Below, piece by piece: positions 25,916 to 39,093 of a DNA stretch of 64,000 bases (its first letter is position 1; each line of letters begins with the position of its first letter). The translations under genes and the position numbers were made by a program. This DNA comes from Phoronis australis (taxonomy: Eukaryota > Animalia > Phoronida), in assembly GCA_002633005.1 (NCBI GenBank), contig NMRA01000058.1:820735-884734 (forward strand). Direction: 5' to 3'. The notes under the pieces were generated by a model. It saw only the letters and a list, made by a program, of their open reading frames with translations. It made no database searches and had not been told where the DNA came from.

Positions 25916-28900
25916 TAAAGGCTACAACATGCCCATGCCACCTTTATGCAACTTAAAGAGTTTCTTCATGAAACCCACGAAAGTCCTATTTTTTAAAACA
26001 CCTCATGTAAAAGTGGAACATTTTAAAAACAATTTGTAACAGTATCTGAAGGTTTCATAAGAATCTGATCGGCTGTTTCCGAGTTATGATGTTCCAAACA
26101 TAGCTCATTTAGACATTTTTCTGGAGTCCTACATTACCTTAAATCTACTTTTCTCACCAAGTTAAAATACATTGGAGTTTCAGCCATACCTCATCAACGT
26201 GCCTCAGTTTCCAATATCTTCACAAACATAGCCACTTCAATTGGTCAATAGAAGTTTTAAGACAAGTTGCTCTTTATAATAGCTAAATAGTTACTGTTTG
26301 TAAATTAAGAATTTGTAATGAAGCACAAACTAAATTCTAAGCAGCAGGATATTTTAAATAAATAGAGCCCAAGATAATAAATACTAAAAAAATTGCATAC
26401 TGGCCGGCATTTGTGGCCATGTAAATCAAACTAGTTTCAAAGACAGGGTAAGGGCACCAAGATTTTCATATTTATGCTTTTGCAACCACAGATGTATTAT
26501 GAATAAGATTAATGCATTGCAGGTGTCTGACACAATCCCAAACTAAATAATGTCAAAACCACCCGTTGTTTTTCACATACGTAGTTCTCGTTTCCAGTCA
26601 CATGATACCCAGAAAGTCAGGCAACAGTGAAACACACATGAATTATTTTCCAAGCATATTAAGCATAACAATTTCATCAGACTACACTTCTAATGAGCTA
26701 GTAATTGGTGTTTTGCAGACACGATCACTGAATAATTTAGTGTTTTTATCAGTCCAGCAAATTTATCCATTTGGATGAATAAATAACATGTTGTTTCAGA
26801 ACTGAGCAACATTCAAGATTTCAGCTGCCAAAGCAAATGCCGGTGCATAACTTGTCACTGTTACACGGTGTATAATTTGTCACTGTTACACCAGACCCTA
26901 CAAAAATGCTCAAATTTGTCTAAGTATGTTGCATGATATCTCCAACATGGCTGATTAGATTCAAAAGAAAGTTCCAGACTTTGTGCACTTTTTTCCAAAA
27001 CGTCCGTCAGAAATGTTTTATGAAATAATCTACTTTTGCATGAGGGGCTATCAAAACAGCGCTTTAAGGGATATTTTATTAAAAATAAAAAATTGAAAAT
27101 TAAACAATAATTTTGAAAACTTAAGTTTGGGATTTCACCATGAAAATTCATATTAACAAATGTAGTCATGTTACCGACATGGTAAAATGTTACAAAAATA
27201 GTTGTCAAAATTGTCTTTTTCACTTTTTAAAGGCTTCTGTTATTGTTGTCAGTACCCACGTCGTGTGTTGTTTATCAGATTATCAGATCCAGTGTGACCA
27301 GCATTCTTCTCACATATAAAGCGGTGAAACCAAACGCGCTCACAGCATTTGCTTTGCAGAGCACAAAAACTAGACAAACCTACTGAACATATTGATGACC
27401 ACTAAGTTTCATCTGGCCACACCATAAAAATGGACAATACAGGAGTTTTACTTCTCTCATTTTTACCACATTAATATTGCCTGTTGGCAGCTGCCATACA
27501 AATCTTGATCATGGAAAGCATTTGGCGCTAAGAATATCTTTTACTAAAAACGAGGATAAACTTTCACTTGTCTACCAAGTTGCCTTAAATAGGCGAGTTA
27601 TTATGGTAATGTTGTTTTGCTTTACCGTTCTTTTTTTGTTTGATATTTATTAACTTTAAAACCACAATTTACTTTCTTTTGACAAGTACCTACATTATCA
27701 ACATCATTAAACCTTCCTTTATAGCATATCATACGAAAACGCAAATTCAATAACCTAAGAAATGAGAAAATAGAAAACCATGTACGTTAATTGGAAGTCT
27801 CTTAGCTCCACGGACATGACTGACGTATGAACGGAACCAATGCTAGTGTACACGTGATGCAGGTTTACTCGTCTCGGCAGGAACCTTGCCATGTTCAGGC
27901 GACATTCGAATATCAGAATACTAAATGCGCCACAACATCCACCTCACTTGATCGTACTCATCCACAAAAACGGCGCAAGCATTCACATGAGCAATGCATG
28001 GCAAGCTCATTATTTATGTGTAACGTATATATTGGAAAATTTGAAGATGTGCTGTGTAAGATATTTAAGTCACGCTCCTTACTACAGTTTCTACAATCCA
28101 TCGACAGTTTATTTGATTCTTGCACGAGAAGTTCTCATCTGTTCTAGAATTGCGAACATCACCGCAAGTGGGTAATAAATTTACAATGACCGATGCTTTA
28201 TTAATAAAGTTAACGTTTCACTGTCAATTTTGCAATACAAAATCAACTACAATTTCGTGTCCCAACTCCCACCCAATACAGCAGTTACAATCTAATTCTA
28301 TTGAAAACACCTTCAGCAAGACAGAACTGAAGTATATTGTTACTGCAATCAACAGAATATGATTTTTTTAAGCTACTTGGTTGGGATTATTTTCATAAAG
28401 CCAATGAAAAGAAAAATCTGTATCTCCATGGCTTCATCATTATCCAAATTAAGCGCAATCGCAATCCGTAAGAGTGGCTTTAGTACTTGTGACATAATTT
28501 TCAATCAATAATATGAAACATGTAGTGGCCATTTCGCACAACAATAGTTCTTGCACTCGATGAAGGGAAGACAGCAAATTAACATTCCAATAACGTAATT
28601 TGAATACTCGTCAATTTTCCCTCCTTTTCTATTTTCATAACAAGTAGGCATTAACACCTGGTGACAACTTGCCAATTATGATATTTGCTGTTTAGACCAT
28701 TGAAACAGCGCATAACGATCTGTGTCAAGGGGCTACTTACACACGACGAAGAAATGGTGGCATGGCGGATGTTGAAGCGCGTACGCTTAAGGTTATAAGA
28801 AGCTAGAGTTGCAGCTTATGTTGAAAAAGAGAACAGTAAGTCGACCGCGTGGTCACACAGCTGGCACGCAAATTTTCAGAGCGATTAGGCACTCCATTTT

Positions 28901-31900
28901 TGGTCTGTGTGGAATTCAGAAAAAATTGTCTCCTCATTATAGTGTTTTTCCTTCGACGTTAACTTTATTTATTGTGCCTATCTTGTTTTCAAAATGGTAA
29001 AGGTGTGAAAACCTGAATCAGCAACATCGCACACCAGCGGCTTCTCAATAATACACTTGCGTTATTGAAAATGGCGCTCTTCAAGACCATATTCAGTCTT
29101 TGGACTACAATTATTTTTCAAAAAAGTTTTGAAAATTCAAGATCACTTGGTTCCAAAGATTCCAACAGGCATAGTGGTGGTATCATGTAAAACTGTTATG
29201 ATTGGTTAATGCATGCTTTGACCCAATAATTACTAATGGCCGACGTTCTGTGTGCTGCAACTGTTTTTTTCTTTTTCCAGTGCTCCATGTTTCATATCCA
29301 TCTTACCTTATATTCTAAAACATGATAACTTCTCTAAAACTGACGACTCGGCACGTTTCGGACACATTTTGCGTGACATCATGAATGAAAAGCAAGAAAC
29401 GTCTTGCAACCACATCACTCAACACTAGATAAATTAAGAGTATTCACATACATAGCAACTGTCAAAGCCACAATACCATCCAGAGACTTTGAATGGTTTT
29501 AGCATTAAGATTAGTAGTATAAAGGTCACTATGTATTGTCTAGAGTGTAGGGAATATATAAGCATGTTGGAAAGTACATTTTGATTGTAGGATTAGAATT
29601 CCTACTTTATACTAATATCTGGTGACATCTGCCTAATAAACAAAGTATTTTTATCAAGGTTATTAGCTGTGCAATGCTATAAAACAGGTGACCACACTTT
29701 CGTTGGGTGACTTGTCACCCAGGTGTCATGCATGCTTTGGGATGTACATAGAGGAAGGAAAACATTTGAATCAGTTGAACTAAACAGACAAGAGGCAAAG
29801 GAAGTCACGCGTGGATCGGATGAGAAAATGGCCAACCGTGTGCATGTAGCATGATTACACCAGCCTCGTTCCAGTTTCCTGTGTAGACATATGGTTGGAC
29901 ATAGCACGAGATCGGGTGCAAGTTGATAGCGATAAAACTGACGCGATGGTGACGACTCATTTTTATGTAAACTTCCATTTACACACAGAGTTGTTAAGTC
30001 GCTTCATGGCAGCTGCTGCGTGTCAGCTTTTGTAATGTAAACGGTACTGAAGTTACTAATTGCAAATTGATTAAAATGAATACTTAATTACACATCAACA
30101 TCTTCAGACAAATGACACACATGCATTAGTTCTTTATAATCTCCATGGTTATGAAACATTTATACTCAGTTGTCCACGACATGAAGGAAATGTAATAATA
30201 GGTTTCATCAGTACTTTGACCTGACAATTTTACTTCAATGTTTTATACTGCATACATAGCTATACTTTCCAAATGTAAAAAGTTCTTACATTGAAAGTAA
30301 ATATTTCTGTGTCTTTTGGCAATGACTATAGGTGAAAAATTACAAAATGTTGAAATCAAGGGTTCATGACAACGTATTTGGTAAAACTTAGTGCCTCTTC
30401 TGACATTCTAGCTGGCACATTTAAGCACCATTGGTTATATTAAATTAAATAAAACAACAAAATAGGGCAAAATACCAGTAAAAACCAAGTTTTTTTAAAT
30501 ATTGCTCGTTGCCACCTAGTGGTCACATGCAAAACTACTTTCAATTATAAACTTCTAGACTATTTTGATGCTTACACTGAACAAGTGACGAATTTAGAAA
30601 GAATGCACCAGGGTGGTGATAATTTGTAAACAAAAACTATGATAAAGAAAGAAGTGAGGCAAACAGAAGGAAAAAAGGGCAAAAGCAGACCTCAATTCTG
30701 AATTAGTTTTTGTTAATTTTTACCACAGACACACCTCCTATCACAATTAGCGCATACCTCAGGGCCAAAGAAAGGCAACTTTGTCAATAACCCACATACG
30801 TTATATGGGGATGCACAAAATAATTGGCAGTTAATTTACAGGGAAATAAATGAAAAATTACTGCTAAATTCACTGGGCAAGTTTTTCTACTGGAGAACAG
30901 GTATGTTTCTGTAATGGAGGAAACACTCGATGTCTCAGACTATGACAAAAGCCAGACTTGGGTGTATGCATGTGCATGTGAGCATGTGTGCATGAACATG
31001 CGAGTGCACAGCAACCCTCATCATCTGTCTTTAATCCAGTACCAAAACAAGAATTCATGGTAGGCTTGCTCTTCAAGAGCAACACAAACAGAAAACAAGA
31101 GGTGCTCCTAACATAATAGGAGTGTCACACATGCATTAAGTAAGTAACTCAGACACAAGAAACCTGATACAGGTAAAGCGCAGCTTGCAGATGACCAGTT
31201 GTTATTAGCTACCTGTCATCTTTGTGAGAACAACTCTTTGCAACGCCTAGGCAGTTATCAGGTAAACTGTATTTAGATGGCACCAAGTGCAACCTTTTAA
31301 ACCTGATGAATATGGATCATTTCCTGTTGGTGAGTTGTGCAAATGTGACACAATGCACGCAAAACAGACGACCAGGAAGATCAGTGAGACACTATTTTTG
31401 TTTAGATATGGACCCCGCCTAGTGAACACTACCACTGAAGGAGAATGCCACCACGAACAACTTCTGTTTTAGTGGCAGAGCACCCTTTGTAAGTCTGCTT
31501 TTCGCGTTCTACGCCACTTTAACAACAGATATACAGATGAGAAGGCGGAAGCACAAGTCTGAGAGAATCTGCACAATATTGCAGCGTCAAACCATCAAAG
31601 GAAACCCCAAATCTGAAATACCTGTTTCTGTGCAACTGTTTACTTGTATTGAGACAGTATAACACTGAAGGTAGACAGTCCAGGGTGAAGAGTAACGTTT
31701 CTTTAAGCCTGTAAGGCAAGATCCCAACCTTAATGTAGCCCTAGTGAAAGAACTTGAATGTGGAAATGACAAGAACATCGATGGAGTTTTTAGTCGACAA
31801 TTTACTTTAGTTAGATTTGTGTCCATCAAGACTTTCTCAAATGTTTGTCATGGACGTACCTGTGGAAAATTTCCTTTTGTCACCAACTAGACGTACCTAA

Positions 31901-31967
31901 GCTCAAAACTTCACAAGTTAGCACAACGATTTAATCGCAGTAGTAAGTGTATCCTTCCAACGTTTAA

Positions 31968-32870
31968 AGGCGAAGGCAACGTTTTTTCATGTCATTTTTA
32001 GCAAAAATAAGGTTCGTTGATTATCCCAGACATATTTTTCACTTATTTACTGCTTTTCGTAATTTAATTAATTACTCATCGTCTACTCCGGAAGTGAAGT
32101 TTTGGGAGGCAAGAATTTCTCGCCAATTTCTTTTCATATAGTCTTACTGTGAAAGCAGTCGAGTCAGTCATTGTTCTACCTCAGTTGTGATAAGTTCGGT
32201 CGTCGTTTGCTTTTGCTTACGAGTCAGTCAACATGCCACGCTGTTGCTGCATACTGGGGTGTACTCATTATCGTCTCACGTACAGAGGAAGAACTGTCCC
32301 ACTTGCCCGAGTGTCCCGCAACACACTCCCACTGAAGGGTGATCTGAGCACCCAAACTGCTTACATTCCGCCAAGTGACTCCCTTGCCACATACCTGGCA
32401 CCTTCCAAATAGCTCCAATACAAGTCCACAATAAACTCATCAAACTTAATAGGCTCACCAGACTGTTCATTGGATGACGAACTGTCCTCTTCACTGGGTG
32501 TCGAACTGGGCCTGTATTCACTCCCACTACTCAACATCGCTGCAGGGCTGCTTACAGGCTCTGGGCTAGAGACAATGGACAGCACAGGGCGAATCACTGT
32601 TAGTTCCTGGAATTGCACACAATGGGGTACGTTCGGAGGCACGGGTGACAGTAGATGAAGTGCCTCCAGTCACTGTATACAGTGGCCACAGCTCGCGAGG
32701 CTTCTCGCTTCAAAAACGCACTTCTCGGGGTTGGCAACGGGGCACTGCCGGGAATCAACAGCGACGGTATGGCACCCTTCTTCAGACAACACTTCATCTC
32801 CAACTTAGAATCCAAAACTGAGGCGACGTGTTTTAAGCGAGTTCATCAGTAACACAGGCAAGAAATTAGT
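31968..32870. mobile_element. Rearranged Kolobok-like THAP transposon relic
   Basis: TTAA|AGG left end. Plus-strand THAP start MPRCCCILGC at 32233. Minus strand has LKKGAIPSL, RSAFLKREASR and FIVDL..ELFGRCQVCG...ITLQWECVAGHSGKWDSS. Confidence 0.6.
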
Positions 32871-33302
32871 TGCCAGCGACGTCACTTTCACAGACGATGA
32901 CAGTGATCGTGATGCCACTGCTGACGATAACATCGACATGTCGACGTTGGGGGTGAACATGGAACGACCGACAGCACTGACAAGCCGAGGGTGCATCCAG
33001 CTGCCACAACAATACTATGATGACACCGCGGGCTATACCGATTGACAACAAAAATACTGACTGAGGGACAACACTGGCATGTCACTGAACCAAACAACAT
33101 CAACGCCGAAGACGACGCTGTTGCAAGCCACAATGCTCCAGCAAAGGCTAACATCGATGACAACACTGACAATGAAAACAGTATTAATGATGCTGGCAAT
33201 AACAGTCTAGTTCTTGCAAGTTTGTAGGATGTTGTATTAAATTCAATGCAAGACTTGCTAATGCCATCTGCCCATCTGTTAGAATTTTTTGAAAGTGACA
33301 AA

Positions 33303-33347
33303 GTTGATGCAAAGGAGAAGGGGTTGATGCAAAGGAGAAGGGGTTGA
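33303..33347. repeat. 20-bp tandem duplication (gttgatgcaaaggagaaggg x2.2)
   Basis: Read directly from the sequence. Confidence 0.85.
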
Positions 33348-34554
33348 CACAAGAGCCGCATTACCACTACTCACGAGTTTGAAGCTCAGTCTAGAAACGC
33401 ACTGAAATATTTCCCCTTAACAATCAGATTACAACTACAACTAAAATCCTGTGTGATCAATAAAACCGACATTAGCCAAAAACTCTGCAACAAATGATTA
33501 CATCGTTCATTACACGAGCATTTAATTATGTGGGATTGCACGCACAATCAGTGACCAACACCTTCAGTTCTCAGTTTATCAGTTTTCAACCTAATTTCAC
33601 ACATCTAGTAAATCATAGTTCCAATCCCAATTCCTATGGGAGTAAAGATTTTCCAATAAACCAGGATTGGAATATACTAATTAACAGGCGGCTACAGAGG
33701 ACTGACAAAGGAAATGACTGATGGCAAGAGTGAAATTAGCTAACCGCAGGGGCACATGCAATTTGTAATGACAGCAGAAACTGACACGAGAGTGAAGACT
33801 GGTCAGTAGAGGTTTACACAACAATGGAAAAAAACAACACACTGCACTGATTCAAAAAATTATAATTCAGTAGTTTTGGTAGGGAATTACATGAACAGTT
33901 AAGGTACATACCAAAACTGCAGCTAGGTACCTTAATCATTTTGAGCTCATCTGAATGACCATCTTGTCTAGTTTATCATAATTAAGAAACAATATTTGAA
34001 TTGACTGTGTAGTTTGGGGGTCACTCTAAACATAAAAATCATCCCGATTTTGTGTACCGGTCTTGAATTCTTGTAACTGACAAGTAAATAGAATTAACAA
34101 CATTATTGATTTTGTGCAATCGTCAATTATCAAAGGAATGTCATTTAATTTGTCAAACATGAGTGACCTCTCAGGATCAAAGGTCAGTTTCTGGACATCA
34201 TGATACCTGTATGTCCATCCCAAAAAAGCGTTAAGTTCTCTCATCATACACTATATCTAATTTAGAATTATGTGTCGGCAGTGTAATCAAGTCAATGTTA
34301 AGAGAGTGACAGGGAGGCAGGATCATCAGGTGTGTTGACGATAACAGAAAAATTCAAAGTTTTAGGGAAACTAATCACCTGAATTAATTTGGCCAAACTT
34401 GTGACTAGAGTTTCCAAGAAGTTACACCAGTTCCAGTACACCAGTTTTGACAATCCTTAAGTGCCATCCACACATAGTGACTTAACCTAGTTGCTCTTGG
34501 AACAAGATGGCGCCAGGTCTGGAGGGTGCATGGACGCTATTTAATTAAATGAAT

Positions 34555-35810
34555 TCTCCGAGAAGCAAAACTTGGCGAAATTAACCAAAAAACTATGTTA
34601 GAGATGACCAGAAAAGACGACGACAGAGATGACGACAAAGATGACAGCTATGGCGACGATGGTGGCGATGATGGACAATGCAAGTTATGATATCATTCAT
34701 ATGACGAACGTAGAAGTCAGAAATCACTAAGAAATAGGCTACAGTCTTGAGCGACACTTGGCAAAATTAACTGAAGAAAAGATGATGTCGGAGATGATGA
34801 AGAAGATGAGGAATATGATGACGATGGTGGTGGTGATGATGAACAACATCATAACATTCATATGAGGAACTTAGATGTCATAAATCAGTAAGAAATAGAC
34901 TACAGTCTAGTTCAATAGAAGCTAAACCAACATCAATGCAGCACGAGCGCTCAACAAAGGAACAGCGTTATCAGAAAATCTCAAATAACTCGAAAAGTAG
35001 ATGTCCTAGCGAAAAATGGAATACATCTTCTGAAAGACCGTTCAAAACTCTATCTAAACTGATGGTATCACCTAGTTCTGTAAATTTTTCGAAAAAAAAA
35101 AATGAAATTTTGCGTTTTTTTAAAGAATTTCAAAGTCAAATAACTCGAAGACGGTAAGTCGGAGAAAAAATTGTTACAGGTCATTTGAAAGAGTATACCT
35201 CAAAGAATCCACATGCAAATAATCATGTCTTTTTCTCTTCCCGTTTAAAATTGCACTCCAGCACGACTGAAAATGGGTGAACATGCGGCAGATCCGCCAT
35301 CTTGAAAGCAACTTCAGGTTTATTGGCTCTGTACAATAGCATGTGATAAGAAACTAATGCCTGCAAAAGTTCGAAGGAATTGGCCTTATAATGCGCACTC
35401 TACAGGAAAAAACGTTAACTTTTTAGGCCAAAATCGAGGTGAGCATGCGCGATCGCTGATATTTCCGCCATCTTTAACCAGAAGTAAACAATTTCCGGTA
35501 TCGTTGTAGCACACTTCCAGTCCATTTACTGTGCTGATTCTTAGCCTTTTTCGTAAAAAACTGTAGTCTCCAGATCGAAAACAAAATGGCCGCCACATCC
35601 GCCATCTTGGATCCGATTATGACGAAAAACAATAGGCTTCCAGTACTTCTGGAACTACGTGTTATGTGTAAATTTCGTGATGATCGGACGAAAATTGCGA
35701 CCTGTAACGTGCAAACAAAAAAAGCAAACTTGATGGAAGACCAACATACTTGGCGAAATTTATTTTGCCAAAAAAAAAAACCTTAGTGACAGAGCAACAT
35801 ACTTGGCGAA
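34555..35810. mobile_element. Helentron/Helitron2-like non-autonomous repeat, copy 2
   Basis: Colinear with 5180-6385 (e.g. aaaatggccgccac.tccgccat...aaaaacaataggcttccag...gatcggacgaaaattgcg). The acttggc(g/a)aa motif is duplicated at both ends. Confidence 0.55.
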
Positions 35811-36135
35811 CTAGTGCAACTTACCCCACTTGTGACAACTTACTCAACTTCTGCCTGGTCCAAGTTATCTGATATGTATGTGTGTGGACGTTCCACTTGA
35901 AGTGGAGTAAATTGCACAAGGGGCAAGCTGTTCTAGGGTAGCCTGTGTGTGGATGGGACTTAGGTAAGATGTACTTCACTATGAAATAAAAATTATATGG
36001 ATATTTCTTGTTTCCTGCTGATGCTTTAGGAGCCAAGTGAGATTTTTGACTTGTTAGTATGTACACAGTGTAATGATAATAGTTGTCAACTTTTCACATT
36101 GAAGTAATTGCCTAAAATTGACATCACACAACTTT

Positions 36136-36307
36136 TAGGGCTTGGAATGACCAATGACAAAAACACAGAAATATTTTTGTGTTGCAAAATTAATTGAAAT
36201 AAACATTTTTGCACGAATAAATTCAAAATAATGATAAAAAGAAATGAAAAAAGAGGAAATTGAAACCAAGAGGAAATTATCTTAAAAGAAGACAATTCCA
36301 AGCACTG
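36136..36307. mobile_element. Small hAT-like MITE, copy 2
   Basis: tagggcttggaatgaccaatgac...aattccaagcactg. Homologous to 6764-7015. Confidence 0.6.
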
Positions 36308-36368
36308 AATTTTCTACCTTCAGAAAAGATATGCCTTGACCAAGTTATAGTTCTGTACATGTTAGACT

Positions 36369-36370
<2 letters not shown>

Positions 36371-36421
<51 letters not shown>
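36371..36421. repeat. (AC)25 microsatellite
   Basis: Perfect dinucleotide run. Confidence 0.98.
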
Positions 36422-36423
<2 letters not shown>

Positions 36424-37304
36424 ATGTCCCAGTGACCACGGACAGGGGGGAAGAATAGGTGGTCCAGGAGTGGAGAATCAAAGGGCTGCCGTCGGAGGAA
36501 AAAACCTGTTGTGATCTGTGAAACTACCCCCAGAAAATGTGGTTGTGAACCATGAAATCGATGAATTCTCATGTGTGAAGCAATAGGCGAACCCTCTTCA
36601 CCGCCTCTTTCAGAGATGTAATTTTGCTACTATGTAGAAGACTATTGACTTTAAAACATTAAGATGGAAATTGCAAGTGTTTTCTTTTCAAAATTCAAGT
36701 TGGAGTAATTTTTCACACCCAGTAATTCATACGGAAGAATTACGCCCTTCATCTAATCAGTCGCTACTGTTATAAGTTATTAAAAGCTGTACTAAGCACA
36801 CAGAGGAAATTACACATCTGCTCGTACACTCAGGCATCAATCAGTGTTCACTAGCTTTCCAATGTCTAAATGCAATTAGCCAAATCTATTAGATACAGAG
36901 GATTAATTCCAACACAACACCGGTCCTCAAGAGCAGGCATGGATCCAAAGTGGTACTAAGGGGCGCAAACCTTGAAATCCATGGTCACCTTGAACGTTAC
37001 ATCATTGACACAATGGAGGATTGAGAAATGCATTAAATTTAAGGAACTTTCCACTGCTGAGCATTCAAGTGCTTAAAATCACCAATTCCATATCAGAATC
37101 ACCAAAAAACAACCCCGATCAGCTGTCAAGTTAGAGCACCCGCCAACACTATCTGATGATATGTTAATTAGCTATCTCAGATTATGAACATTTATTGGTC
37201 TAAACATACTGTGTAAAATCGGGACAACCAATCACAGAGCTCCAGTAGTTTTTCTCCATTATGTCTGGTGTGAAGTCGGCAGAAGTTGCTACTTATAATA
37301 AGGA

Positions 37305-37480
37305 ATGGCGAGGCGTTGCGTTTGTGGTCGTTGTGACAACTTAGTATTTGAGAACGCTGTGCCTCTTTTCACATTTCCTCGAGACATCAGAGAAGCGCGT
37401 ATATGGTACAAGTTTGTACAAGAAACTCATGTGCTAGTGGACATGGACACACTCCGGCTGTGTACCTTCATATGTCACAC
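37305..37480 (+). pseudogene. THAP zinc-finger fragment (probably TE-derived)
   Basis: MARRCVCGRCDN...LFTFPRD...W.KFV...LRLC: THAP C2CH pattern, lacking an intact HF and the AVPT box. Confidence 0.6.
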
Positions 37481-37815
37481 TTACGTCTGTGGAGCTAACA
37501 AACTTTCAACTGAAGTGTTTTTATTCTATTTCGTCGTTTTTGGAATATTGAATTCATTATTGTGATATACGGTGCTATAAAGGAAGGTTTAATGCTACTA
37601 ACAATGTAATCTCTTGTCAAAACAAGGTAAACGTTGGTTTTACGAACTTAAGTCAATGCGGCATAGTAAGAAACTCGACATTTCGGCACCTATAACACTG
37701 TCTACTTTTACTATTTGACCTGTTCGTAACACCAGTAATACACTAAAATCTTGCTTCTCAATTTCACAGGTAACTACATTGTAGCACTCCCTTGAAGAGT
37801 AAAAACTAAAGCAAT

Positions 37816-39093
37816 ATGGTGACGCTTTTGAAAACCACTGCAGTGACCAATTCAGACATCACGCTTTCCTGGGATTTCAAAGCCGTCGACCACAACGACA
37901 TCGTCAACTGGCGAGTCTACCACCAACAGATGGGAAAACAACCAATCACGTTAAGTGAGCTGTTGGGGAGGAGCGAGCGGTCCTACACAATCACCGGATT
38001 AGAATCCGATCAAGACTACCGTGTATGCTTGCTGGCGATCCACAATAGCACAACTCATTCTGAATGTATTGACACTTCAACTTCAACCTGGCACATGCCA
38101 GTCAGTATTGGTAGCACTGTTGGTGCCCTCGTGGCACTAACCGTCATAATTACCATTGTTCTGCTTGCCAAGTGTCGTGGAAAGCAAAAACAGAGATCAC
38201 GCCGAAACAGCTCCAAATGCTATTTCAGCACGTCCCACTTCAGTTCCTCGATGGACCCCAACCTGGAGATAAGCGACCTCAATCCTGTGTCTGAAGTTGA
38301 CGATAGTAGTGCAACTGCACCGAATGAGAGTAAATTCAGCTACTACTACAGTGATGGCAAACATGGATACCACAGTGTACCGCCTTGCGACAAATCAATT
38401 CAAGAAAAGTCCCCAGAACATTGGGAAGGCCCAAGTAAATGTGAAGACGAAGCAGATAATTCTCTTGCTATAAATTCCGAAACGCAGTGCGACCTGAATT
38501 GTAACAAACCATCAGTCAATACTATTAAACCAGGTGAAGATACAAATACAAATAAGAAGGTAAAAAGGGACAAGCACAGACCAGGCCACAGCAAGCAAAC
38601 ATCCACAGCTACGTTCAGCATGCACTGTGATGTGGATTCTATTGGCAGGGATTTGAGTAATCACCACAAAAGTGTTCTAGCAAGCAACGAAATCAACACA
38701 TCTGTCGCCCAGCATCATGTTGCGAAGAAGCAGGAACATGCCCATGAAAATAGGCAGACAGGCAGCTGTGCCGATAATCACCAGAAAATTTGTTCTGCCG
38801 CTGATCACAAAAAGAGGTGTGTAAAAAACAAAGCTGATGGTCAAGCTGAACCTGCCATAGCAGATCAATCAATCTCAATTAAGTTTACAGGCGAGAATGT
38901 CACAGTAGCTACGTCAATTGCAGAAATGAACAGTCCAGGCAACGATTCATCAATCATAACAACTCAATCGGCAGATGCAAAATGTGTGGGAAATCAAAGT
39001 GGAGTGAACAGGAAGGGGGTTAATGTTAGTTGCAGAGCTGGCAATTTAAAAGAAAGTCAGCTTTTGGACATGCTGCCAGAATCCGCGGTGTAA
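37816..39093 (+). CDS. Fibronectin type III domain single-pass membrane protein (425 aa) with C-terminal PDZ-binding motif, nested in the C7orf25 intron
   Basis: Longest ORF in the window. FN3 pattern ITLSW...WRVY...SYTITGLESDQDYRVCLLAI...C; TM helix aa 96-118 followed by KCRGKQKQRSRR; polar tail ending ESAV*. Splice acceptor ttctcaatttcacag| at 37769 and AATAAA at 39455. Confidence 0.9.
   Translation: MVTLLKTTAVTNSDITLSWDFKAVDHNDIVNWRVYHQQMGKQPITLSELLGRSERSYTITGLESDQDYRVCLLAIHNSTTHSECIDTSTSTWHMPVSIGSTVGALVALTVIITIVLLAKCRGKQKQRSRRNSSKCYFSTSHFSSSMDPNLEISDLNPVSEVDDSSATAPNESKFSYYYSDGKHGYHSVPPCDKSIQEKSPEHWEGPSKCEDEADNSLAINSETQCDLNCNKPSVNTIKPGEDTNTNKKVKRDKHRPGHSKQTSTATFSMHCDVDSIGRDLSNHHKSVLASNEINTSVAQHHVAKKQEHAHENRQTGSCADNHQKICSAADHKKRCVKNKADGQAEPAIADQSISIKFTGENVTVATSIAEMNSPGNDSSIITTQSADAKCVGNQSGVNRKGVNVSCRAGNLKESQLLDMLPESAV

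Noticed and set aside
31519-31719. ORF resembling Kolobok KolX/P2X7-tail protein
   Set aside because: Only scattered residue matches, and it lies outside the putative Kolobok left end.
34615-34845. Asp-rich coding-like GAT/GAC tracts
   Set aside because: Simple-sequence part of the Helentron-like repeat, also present at 5225-5270 and interrupted by stops.
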